Translations under genes and position numbers: made by a program
Shown here: positions 1 to 8,070 of the stretch, piece after piece
Layout of the letters: every line of letters begins with the position of its first letter
Position numbering within the stretch: the first letter of the stretch is position 1
Notes under the pieces: model-generated
What the model saw: the letters and a program-made list of their open reading frames with translations, nothing else
The model's database searches: none
What the model was told of the DNA's origin: nothing
Assembly (NCBI GenBank): GCA_964005815.1
Contig: CAXFSR010000042.1
Span: 1-25,754 of the forward strand
Origin: an uncultured Nitrospinaceae bacterium
GTDB taxonomy: Bacteria; UBA8248
Direction: 5' to 3'
Length of the DNA: 25,754 nt

Positions 1-65
1 GGTATTTCTTTTCCAATCAGACCTAGTCTTTGACCAAATCCTGCCGAGAGAATAAATGCACGCAT
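1..65 (-). CDS. Sugar-phosphate nucleotidyltransferase (NTP_transferase family), N-terminal fragment running off the window edge
   Basis: Not in the ORF track. Manual translation from the ATG at 65 gives MRAFILSAGFGQRLGLIGKEI(P), matching the ILxAGxGxRL...PK nucleotidyltransferase signature. It starts 8 bp after the stop of the Mo-enzyme gene. Confidence 0.8.
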   Translation of the reverse strand, partial: MRAFILSAGFGQRLGLIGKEI

Positions 66-73
66 AAAATATT

Positions 74-2407
74 TTAATTGGAAAAAACTGAATCATTTCT
101 AATGGCAAGTGCTACATCTTCTGGTCGTATCGGAAGTTGATAAAAACGATGTCCTACAGCATCCGCAACTGCATTAGAAATAGCTGCTAGGGTTGGAACC
201 ATGGCACTTTCACCAACGCCTTTTGCACCATATGGTCCTGTAGAGTTTTTTTCTTCAACTATAATTGTATTCATTTCAGGGGTATCTGAAGAAACGGGTA
301 TTTCATATCTTGCGAAATCTGGAGTCAAAACTTTTCCTTCATGAACTTCTACTTCTTCAATAAGAGCCTGTCCAATCCCCATTTCTATACCACCTTGAAT
401 TTGAGCAATAACGCCTTGAGGATTAATAGCCCTACCAACATCATGGGCAGCTGTAACATTCAAAACCCAAACTTCTCCAGTTTCAGGATTAACTTTCACA
501 TCCGCAACCTGGACACCATAACTATAAACCATAAATGGATCACCTTTGCCAGTTTCTGGATCAAAAGTTAGAGGACCAGTAGAGAACCAACCATGACCAT
601 TGATCTGTTTGCCCAAAAATAAAGCTCTCTTTACCACCTCTCCAAAATTGACAAAACGATTTGGTGTGCTCTTAATAAATATTTTTCCACCTTTGAAAGA
701 CATATCTTCCAAAGAACACTCAAGCATATCTGCAGCAACAGGGGCAAGTATTTCACGGATCTCTAAAATCGCTTGGCAAATTGCATTGCCGGGAATTGTA
801 GTTGAACGTGAACCGGCTGTGAAACCGCTCTCAGGCATAGCATCAGTATCAACAGGCATCATTCTTACATCTTGGAAATTCACACCTAAAGCTTCTGCAG
901 CAATTTGGGCCAAAACAGTATTTGAGCCTTGCCCAAGTTCTATAATTCCCACACTAACTTGAACTTTTCCGTCATCTGTAACGTGAACCTGTGCACCACA
1001 TGAATCAGAAGGTCCAGCAGCCCCTGTAGAATACCAAAATCCAGCTACTCCCCTTCCATAAAGAAACCCATCTTCATTTAACGAAACTTCTCTTGGATGT
1101 TTAGGAAGAGAGCTTTCTGCTTCATCTAAACAAGATATAAAACCTACACTTTCTTTCAAAACCTGGCTAGTTCCGGTTTTTGACCCAACTCTAAATCCAT
1201 TTATTCTCCTGAGTTGAAAAGGATCTATTTCTAAATTTTTGGCCAATTCATCAATTTGTGATTCAATTGCAAAGTGTACTTGTGGTACACCCAATCCTCT
1301 CATCGCACAAGTATTGATACTATTAGTAAAAACCATAAATCCGTCGACTTTAATGTTTTCACACTCGTACGCACCAGGAGAGTGTATAATCAATTTCTTT
1401 AAAATTCCTGGGCCAACTGCAGTATATGGACCTTTATTTAAATATATTTTAATTTCCATTGCTACAATTTTTCCATTTTCCTTTGCACCAATTTTATGGT
1501 GTATAATCGCAGGAACTCTTTTTGCTTTAGCACCTAAAGATTCTTCTCTACTATAATTGTATATAACGGGTCGTCCGGTTTTTAGAGCTACTAGTCCAGC
1601 CCGCATTGCTATCTCTATAGAAGTTTCTTCTTTTCCTCCAAAACCGCCCCCTGGCTGAGTAGATATAAATTGAATTTCGTTTTGACCAAGACCCAGTACC
1701 GGCGAAATCACCCTTCTCACCATATGAGGACATTGCGTAGGTCCTGTACAAGTTATGCTTCCATCAGGATTTGGAATAACATATCCTGCATCTGGTTCGA
1801 GATAAGCATGATCAATCATTTGAGTTTTAAATGAATTTTCTATAACTACATCAGCAGCATCAAAACCTTTCTCAATATTTCCTTTTCTTATTTTATAATG
1901 TGCAAGAATATTATCTTGCGCAATAGGATGATCAGTGTGAATTATTGGTGATGTTTTTTTCATAGATTCTATCGGATCAAAAATAGCTGGGAGATCTTGA
2001 AAGGTTAGTTTCACTAGAGAAGCCGCCATTTCAGCTTCTTCTATAGATTCAGCAGCAACTAAAGCTACTACATCCTGTAAAGAATGATATTTATCTTCAA
2101 CCAAAACTGGTTGATCTTTAGCCATCATCCCATATGTTTTTTCACCAGGAATATCCTTGGAAGTTAAAACGCACACAACACCTTTTGCACTAAGAGCCTT
2201 AGAAAAATCTATTTTTTTCAAAATACCATTTGGTGTGGGAGATAAAACTGGCGCAACATACAATGGGTTTGTTATTTTGTGATCAGCTGAGAATACTGGA
2301 GATCCATCTGCCTTTGGAGGAGCATCTACCCGAGGAATATTTTTCCCTACAATATCACCACCATCACTAGGACTTCCAAAAAGTTCCTGATAAAATCTTT
2401 CCGACAT
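74..2407 (-). CDS. Xanthine dehydrogenase family molybdopterin-binding (large) subunit
   Basis: 777 aa. Motifs HAYLEP, TQCPH, GGGFGGK, AMRGLGVPQ, ELGQG, GSRST, QIQGG..GIG, and AKGVGE carrying the catalytic Glu. GGAGAG lies upstream of the ATG. Substrate not assignable. Confidence 0.93.
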   Translation of the reverse strand: MSERFYQELFGSPSDGGDIVGKNIPRVDAPPKADGSPVFSADHKITNPLYVAPVLSPTPNGILKKIDFSKALSAKGVVCVLTSKDIPGEKTYGMMAKDQPVLVEDKYHSLQDVVALVAAESIEEAEMAASLVKLTFQDLPAIFDPIESMKKTSPIIHTDHPIAQDNILAHYKIRKGNIEKGFDAADVVIENSFKTQMIDHAYLEPDAGYVIPNPDGSITCTGPTQCPHMVRRVISPVLGLGQNEIQFISTQPGGGFGGKEETSIEIAMRAGLVALKTGRPVIYNYSREESLGAKAKRVPAIIHHKIGAKENGKIVAMEIKIYLNKGPYTAVGPGILKKLIIHSPGAYECENIKVDGFMVFTNSINTCAMRGLGVPQVHFAIESQIDELAKNLEIDPFQLRRINGFRVGSKTGTSQVLKESVGFISCLDEAESSLPKHPREVSLNEDGFLYGRGVAGFWYSTGAAGPSDSCGAQVHVTDDGKVQVSVGIIELGQGSNTVLAQIAAEALGVNFQDVRMMPVDTDAMPESGFTAGSRSTTIPGNAICQAILEIREILAPVAADMLECSLEDMSFKGGKIFIKSTPNRFVNFGEVVKRALFLGKQINGHGWFSTGPLTFDPETGKGDPFMVYSYGVQVADVKVNPETGEVWVLNVTAAHDVGRAINPQGVIAQIQGGIEMGIGQALIEEVEVHEGKVLTPDFARYEIPVSSDTPEMNTIIVEEKNSTGPYGAKGVGESAMVPTLAAISNAVADAVGHRFYQLPIRPEDVALAIRNDSVFSN

Positions 2408-2422
2408 AAAATCTCTCCGTTT

Positions 2423-3352
2423 TTATTCTTTATCTGAATCTCTTTTCTTTCTTCTTATAAGTTCTTCAATTTCGTTAGCAACTTCATCCCCAGGAGGAAG
2501 TTCTTCCTCAAAATCTGTTGAAAAATCTGCACTATTAAGGTCTATTTCATCTTGATACATTATGACCTCGTCCTCTGATTCTTCTGAGTCTAATTCTGTA
2601 ACATATTGCGAAAGTTTTGAATCCTTAGAAATTGCATCGTCAACTTTCCGAGAAAACGCCTCAGAATGATTTCTTAAAGTTTCTAAATCTAGAGAAATTT
2701 CTGTTAATTCTGTAAATTTTTCTAATAATGTGAAAGCAACCTTGGGGTTTTTTACGTTAGCTAAATAATGTGGGACATTACCCCAAAGAGAAATTGAGTC
2801 TAATTTGTTTCTTTGAAAAGTATTCTGAAGAACACCGACAATCCCAGTTGGCCCTTCATAGTCGCTTAAATCGACTCCTATACTCTCTGCAAGTTCTGGA
2901 TTATTTGCTAAACATACCAACATGACTTCGTTTAAATGTGATGTTGCACTTAAAAAGGCACCCATCGTCACTGTAATTGTAGGGTTAATTTGTTTTATAA
3001 AATCTAGCATACAAGCTGAAAATAACTTCCATTTAAAATGTGGTTCTTTACCTATACCTACAACAACATCCGTTTCTTGAGAAGGAATGGAAAAATAGTA
3101 AAATTCATTTACTGGCCATTCGATTACTCTTTCTCCTGATTTATCTAAACGCACTGTCGGACGAGTATCAGAAAATTCAAAGAAATTCTGTGAATCTATA
3201 TAAGCAAATCGTTTAGCAGAATATTTTTTTATTAAGTATGTTGCTGCCTCTGTTGCAGATTCGGCCGCATCACTCCATCCTGAAAAAGCCATCAAGAGAA
3301 CAGGATTTTTAAGAGTAGGTTTTTCGTCAAAAATTAAATTTTCGGATTCCAT
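2423..3352 (-). CDS. PAC2 family protein (proteasome assembly chaperone-like)
   Basis: AFSGWSDAAESA, IDSQNFFEFSDTRP, GKEPHFKW, YEGPTGIVGVL and SLWGNVPHY are typical of bacterial PAC2 proteins. Acidic C-terminal tail ending LPPGDEVANEIEELIR. Confidence 0.88.
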   Translation of the reverse strand: MESENLIFDEKPTLKNPVLLMAFSGWSDAAESATEAATYLIKKYSAKRFAYIDSQNFFEFSDTRPTVRLDKSGERVIEWPVNEFYYFSIPSQETDVVVGIGKEPHFKWKLFSACMLDFIKQINPTITVTMGAFLSATSHLNEVMLVCLANNPELAESIGVDLSDYEGPTGIVGVLQNTFQRNKLDSISLWGNVPHYLANVKNPKVAFTLLEKFTELTEISLDLETLRNHSEAFSRKVDDAISKDSKLSQYVTELDSEESEDEVIMYQDEIDLNSADFSTDFEEELPPGDEVANEIEELIRRKKRDSDKE

Positions 3353-3452
3353 TTTTTCTCTAAATAAAAAAACATTAAAAAACCATTGTTATTCTACAAC
3401 GGAAACAGATTTACAGCATCCTAAAATGTAAACTAGGGGCTCCTTATTTCTA

Positions 3453-4601
3453 TCAATTGTTCGATGAAACATTTTCAAAACCGAGATTCGAATCAAAATC
3501 TGGTGATTTTTTGTTTTGGAAATCTTGTTTAAGACGATTCCAGGAAGCAATATGTTGTGATGTATGATTCCTGAAATGTGGCATTACGTACCTTGCGAAC
3601 AAATCAATAGAATGTCTTATATTCTCTTCTGAAGTCCACTCATGTGTAGTCATCATAAAACCACCAAATCCTCCTGTTTCTTTTATAAATTCCTCAATAG
3701 CACCAATTGCATCATCAGGTGTGCCAATTATCCATCGTCTATTCTTTGCACCAATTCTTGGTGTTATTTTATCAAATGGTTGTCCAGAATAATCTTCATA
3801 TGCAGACTTAAATCCTATTGTTTTAAAATAATTCATTTCACGCGCAATACCTTCTTCTACTTCATCCCATGCTTTTTGACGATTTTCTGAGAGATAAACA
3901 GAGGTTACTACTCGCCAGTTATCTCTAGAAACAGAAGTCCCATGCTGTAAAGCAGATTTTTCTACTCTTGACCATTGATCAGAAAAACTAAGCTTTCCCT
4001 CTCTTGATTTTCCCGCCATTGAAAACAGGACACATCCATGTTTTCCAGCTAAATCAAGAGTTTCTTCACTTCCTGCAGTAGCAATACATATTGGAATTCT
4101 AGGTTTCTGAAAAGAATGTAATTGCAAGGCAATATCTTTCAACTTCCAAAATTTTCCATCAAAATCAAATGGCTCACTTTTATCAAGCAAATTTATAATA
4201 ATTTCTAGAGACTCTTGCATCATGTCCCACATCACATCTGGATTAATTCTAAAGAGCCTTTTATCTGAAATAAGACTGCTTGGACCCACTCCTAACATTG
4301 CTCTTCCCATTGTAAGATGATCTAAAAAAACAATTCGCTCAGCAACATGATACGGATGATGAAACGGTAGATTTATGACTGACGTTCCCAATTTAATCCT
4401 CTTTGCAGTAGCAGATGCTTTCGCTAATGCCATTTCTGGACAGGGCATATTTTCCCAACCCCCAGAATGATGCTCTCCAATAAAAAATTCGTCAAATCCA
4501 AGCATGTCAGCGAAATTAACCAATCTTATATCTCTATCAAAAGCTAAAGAAGGATTTTCTTTAGGCTGATGAATCGGCATCATAAAAAAAGAAAATTTCA
4601 A
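3453..4601 (-). CDS. LLM-class flavin-dependent monooxygenase (limonene 1,2-monooxygenase-like subfamily)
   Basis: FMMPIH, GFDEFFIGEHHSGGWE, IKLGTSVINLPFHHP, LDHLTMGRAMLGVGP and GGFGG motifs. TTG start preceded by AAAGGAG. Confidence 0.9.
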   Translation of the reverse strand: MKFSFFMMPIHQPKENPSLAFDRDIRLVNFADMLGFDEFFIGEHHSGGWENMPCPEMALAKASATAKRIKLGTSVINLPFHHPYHVAERIVFLDHLTMGRAMLGVGPSSLISDKRLFRINPDVMWDMMQESLEIIINLLDKSEPFDFDGKFWKLKDIALQLHSFQKPRIPICIATAGSEETLDLAGKHGCVLFSMAGKSREGKLSFSDQWSRVEKSALQHGTSVSRDNWRVVTSVYLSENRQKAWDEVEEGIAREMNYFKTIGFKSAYEDYSGQPFDKITPRIGAKNRRWIIGTPDDAIGAIEEFIKETGGFGGFMMTTHEWTSEENIRHSIDLFARYVMPHFRNHTSQHIASWNRLKQDFQNKKSPDFDSNLGFENVSSNN

Positions 4602-4645
4602 AATATACTCCTTTATAAAAAGGGATCTTCTCTAAAAAAATAATT

Positions 4646-5656
4646 CTATTCGCTCTTGAGATTAAAAACTTCCGATAAAAGTTCATATGTTTTTAAACGT
4701 GCTTCAAACGAGTGCAAGGTATTTACAATAACTAATTCGTTAACTCCACATTTCTTTGAAAATTCTAGCAACTTTTCTTTAATTTGTTCTGGATTTCCAA
4801 CTATAGTCCTTCTTCTTATGCTATCAGCAAAGTTACGCTCTAACTCAGTCCAATTATATGAAAGAGACTCGTCAGGAGTAGGTACACCCCCTCCTTCACC
4901 TCGTCTACTCCTGAGCATCATTAGAGGTCTACTTTCTGCTAAATATTTAGCTTCTTCTTCTGTTTCTGCACAAACAACAAAAATTGCTAGGCTGCATGAA
5001 GGTTCTCTATTTTCAGATGAAGGCTTAAAGTTTTTTTTATAATAATCCATTACCTGACTGGCCCCATTTCCACTAATAAAATGCGCGAAACAAAACGAAA
5101 CTCCAAAATGTGAGGCAATAATTGCTCCCTGATCAGAAGAACCTAATAGCCACATCTGTGGAATGCTCTCTCCAACAGGCATCGCGGCAACTTTTTTAAA
5201 TGGATGATCATCCTGAAGATCTCCAGACAGCCAACATCTAAGATCTCTTATTTTCTGAGGAAATCTATCTACGTTAAAATCATCAGAATTAAGTGATAAT
5301 GCGGAAGAAGTTAAGCGATCCGCTCCAGGTGCACGACCCAGACCTAAATCAATTCTTCCAGGATAGATTGATTCAAGAACTCTGAAATTTTCTGCAACTT
5401 TTAAAGGGCTATAATGACTTAACATAACTCCTCCAGAACCTACTCGAATAGTTGAAGTCATAGAAGCCAGTTGTCCGATAAGAACTTCAGGAGACGTCCC
5501 AGCAAACATAGGATGGCTATGGTGCTCAGCTACCCAGAATCGATAGTAACCTAATTCTTCTGCTTTCTTTGCAAGAAGTAAAGTTTCCCTAATTGCATCA
5601 GAAGGGGTACAACCTTTACGAATTGGAGATTGATCTAAAACGCTCAAACGTAACAT
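4646..5656 (-). CDS. LLM-class flavin-dependent oxidoreductase (YhbW-like)
   Basis: LSVLDQSPI, RFWVAEHH, IRVGSGGVML.HYSPLKVAENF, PGRIDLGLGRAPG and WLLGSS motifs. Confidence 0.92.
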   Translation of the reverse strand: MLRLSVLDQSPIRKGCTPSDAIRETLLLAKKAEELGYYRFWVAEHHSHPMFAGTSPEVLIGQLASMTSTIRVGSGGVMLSHYSPLKVAENFRVLESIYPGRIDLGLGRAPGADRLTSSALSLNSDDFNVDRFPQKIRDLRCWLSGDLQDDHPFKKVAAMPVGESIPQMWLLGSSDQGAIIASHFGVSFCFAHFISGNGASQVMDYYKKNFKPSSENREPSCSLAIFVVCAETEEEAKYLAESRPLMMLRSRRGEGGGVPTPDESLSYNWTELERNFADSIRRRTIVGNPEQIKEKLLEFSKKCGVNELVIVNTLHSFEARLKTYELLSEVFNLKSE

Positions 5657-5668
5657 CGAATTGTCTTC

Positions 5669-6304
5669 CTAAGGTAATTTTTCTGGACGAATCTCTATGA
5701 AACTTTTCACACTGACAACATCTGTTATTCCACAAATTACATGAACGATTCTCTTTTTATTTTTTAGATTGTACGCCTCACCTATCAAAAAAACTTCACC
5801 TTCTATAGTTCGCCATTGAGTATTAAAAATTGAAGAATTGCCTAACGCTAAAAGTTTAAGTCTTATTGTTTGATTTATTAAAAAGTCACCTAATACGGAA
5901 TGTCTATCATTAGATTCTCTTAAATTTACAATTTTTTTACATTCCCCACTCACCATATCATTAATTTTCTTTTCTTTTGTATAAGTAATTTCATTATATA
6001 ATTTTTCTACATTAGGATAATTTAAAACATATTTTCGAATCTTTTTGTACATCAAATAATCTCTAGTTTTTCCAGTCAAAAGGACTTTTCGATTCCACAC
6101 ATCAACATTTACTTCTAAAAGAGTATTCGGATCTAAACCCATCAACCCTGAAACAATCCCTGAACGCATTGAGAAATCAAATATTTGTTCTTCGTGCTCT
6201 CTGTCTTCAACAATCTTCTCGGCTAAACCTACAAAAGCATACTGACAACCAGTAATGAAACAAAAAACAAGAATGAAAATAATTTTATAAAATGAAAAAT
6301 TCAT
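5669..6304 (-). CDS. Dual BON-domain lipoprotein (DolP/YraP-like)
   Basis: From the ATG at 6304: a signal peptide with lipobox ITGC (Cys20), then two BON-like repeats (VNVDVWNRKVLLTG...VEKLYNEI and TIEGEVFLIG...VVSVKSFI). The track start at 6322 is probably 6 codons too long. Confidence 0.75.
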   Translation of the reverse strand: MNFSFYKIIFILVFCFITGCQYAFVGLAEKIVEDREHEEQIFDFSMRSGIVSGLMGLDPNTLLEVNVDVWNRKVLLTGKTRDYLMYKKIRKYVLNYPNVEKLYNEITYTKEKKINDMVSGECKKIVNLRESNDRHSVLGDFLINQTIRLKLLALGNSSIFNTQWRTIEGEVFLIGEAYNLKNKKRIVHVICGITDVVSVKSFIEIRPEKLP

Positions 6305-6633
6305 TTTATTTTCCAATATCATGAGACTAGGGATATTTCATATATCTATAAGGGCAAAAATGAAACCTGTTGCATATCAAAACCAAAAACGTCAATATAC
6401 ATGAAATTATTTTATTCATAAAATAGGTAACCTTATGACCCCAGAAAAAGATGCATTCGAAACAAGTTGGAAAATTCTTTTTAATGAAACTATTGACAAA
6501 GAATCACTTTCTGATATTCAAAAGATATGTATTGATTCACTAGAATCTGAAAAAAAGATTTCAGATTTCATTTCCTCCGATATTGAGCCAATGCATAAGA
6601 TCCCAAATCAAATTCTTCTTGGAAAATAAAATG
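6302..6633. repeat. Perfect 15-bp inverted repeat pair (6302-6316 and 6619-6633)
   Basis: CATTTTATTTTCCAA at 6302-6316 is the exact reverse complement of TTGGAAAATAAAATG at 6619-6633. Each copy ends on a start codon. Confidence 0.85.
6435..6629 (+). CDS. Small acidic protein, candidate amidase accessory subunit (AtzG/GatC-like)
   Basis: 64 aa. AGGT lies upstream of the ATG, and the stop is 1 bp before the amidase ATG (TAA-A-ATG). It fills an otherwise empty gap in a dense genome. Helical-looking sequence followed by DIEP near the C-terminus. Confidence 0.65.
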   Translation: MTPEKDAFETSWKILFNETIDKESLSDIQKICIDSLESEKKISDFISSDIEPMHKIPNQILLGK

Positions 6634-8046
6634 CAAAATATAACTAATTCTTACGCTTTCGAAATTGTTTCTTCCATAAAAAATCGGGAAATCAGTGCAT
6701 TGGAGGTAGCTAATGCTTATCTTTCAAGATGCAAATCAATAGGCGAGAAACTCAACACATGGATAACTTTAGATGAAGAAACTATTATCTCTCGTGCAAA
6801 TGAGATTGACAACCTAATAGAAACTGGCAAAAACCCTGGGGCTTTATGTGGAGTTCCCATAGGAATTAAAGATCTGATTGACATGGAAAATTACCCAACT
6901 ACCTCTGGAAGTTTGATTGAGAAAAAAAATATAGCAAAATTTGATTCTACTATTGTTTCAAAATTAAAAGATGCTGGAGCAAATATATTTGGCAAGCTTA
7001 ACCTTCATGAATTTGCTTTTGGACCAACTGGCCTTAACCCCCATTATGGAGATCAGAAAAATCCTTGGAATCCGGAGCATATGACAGGTGGTTCAAGTGG
7101 AGGATCGGGTAATAGTGTAGTCACTTCTCAAGTGCCAATTTCGATTGGCTCAGATACAGGAGGTTCAATTCGTATTCCTTCATCTCTATGCGGTTCTTAC
7201 GGATTTAAACCTACCTTAGGATTAGTAAGTAAATTTCGTTGTATGCCTCTATCCTGGTCACTTGACACTTTTGGGCCACTATCAATGTCTATTGAGGATT
7301 GCGCTCTATTTATGTCAGTCACTGCTGGATTTGATCCACATGATTCGTTTTCTATTCATTCTGATCAGTTGAATTTCATTGATGAGTTAAAAAAGAACGA
7401 TTTACACAAAATAAAAATAGGACACGCAAGAAGTTTTTATGAAAAAAACACAGACAAAAAAATCGTCACCAGAATGAATGAAATCCTACATCAAATTTCA
7501 GAATTAGGAATTGAGATTATAGAAATAGATATTCCTAACCTTGATTTGGCCTACGATGCATGTACTTCCATTATGGTTTCAGAGGCCGCTGCAGTACATG
7601 AAAAAAGAATGCGACATTTTGCAGATAAATATGACCCTCAAGTAATAGAAAGGATTAAACCTGGATTCTTCGTTCCTGCAACAACTTACATACAGTCACA
7701 ACGATTTAGGCGAGAATGGGTTCAAAAAGTGACAGACAGGATTTTTACAAAAGTCGATGCTATTTTAGCTCCTACTACTCCAATCACAGCTCCTCTAAGA
7801 AGCGAACATAGTGTTTTTCTAAACGGCAAAAAGAAACAAACTAGAGGGCTACTCATCTCATTAACAAGGCTATGGAATTTTTACGGAGGACCTTCTATTT
7901 CTATGCCAATCGGGAACACAGAACACGGACTTCCATTTGGGGCTCAACTAATGGGACAAATACTAAGTGATGATAAACTCCTAGGAATAGCATATAGCTT
8001 ACAACAAGAAAAAATTTGTGAGGCAAAAAGAATTTCTGAAATTTAG
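6631..8046 (+). CDS. Amidase signature family enzyme (GatA/AtzE-like)
   Basis: Catalytic Lys in GVPIGIKD, GKLNLHEFAFG, GGSSGGS, and GSDTGGSIRIPS complete the Ser-cisSer-Lys triad. The ATG at 6631 is preferred over the track's TTG at 6583, which overlaps the small ORF. Confidence 0.93.
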   Translation: MQNITNSYAFEIVSSIKNREISALEVANAYLSRCKSIGEKLNTWITLDEETIISRANEIDNLIETGKNPGALCGVPIGIKDLIDMENYPTTSGSLIEKKNIAKFDSTIVSKLKDAGANIFGKLNLHEFAFGPTGLNPHYGDQKNPWNPEHMTGGSSGGSGNSVVTSQVPISIGSDTGGSIRIPSSLCGSYGFKPTLGLVSKFRCMPLSWSLDTFGPLSMSIEDCALFMSVTAGFDPHDSFSIHSDQLNFIDELKKNDLHKIKIGHARSFYEKNTDKKIVTRMNEILHQISELGIEIIEIDIPNLDLAYDACTSIMVSEAAAVHEKRMRHFADKYDPQVIERIKPGFFVPATTYIQSQRFRREWVQKVTDRIFTKVDAILAPTTPITAPLRSEHSVFLNGKKKQTRGLLISLTRLWNFYGGPSISMPIGNTEHGLPFGAQLMGQILSDDKLLGIAYSLQQEKICEAKRISEI

Positions 8047-8070
8047 TGAATTCTTTTAAAAATTAACTCT

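Noticed and set aside
74..2407. Aerobic CO dehydrogenase large subunit (coxL)
   Set aside because: The active-site loop reads AMRGLG, not AYxCSFR (form I) or AYxGAGR (form II), and no coxM/coxS is adjacent.
6360..6400. Possible sigma54 promoter in the BON/amidase divergent region
   Set aside because: The GG to GC spacing on the minus strand is 9 bp rather than the required 10, and the flanks fit poorly.
6631..8046. Calling the amidase gatA
   Set aside because: No gatB is adjacent, and HEFAFG plus the C-terminal pattern fit catabolic amidases at least as well. Symbol withheld.
8047..8070. Intrinsic terminators between convergent genes (also 16417-16428 and 23194-23197)
   Set aside because: The gaps are 24, 12 and 4 bp with no GC-rich hairpin and U-tract.
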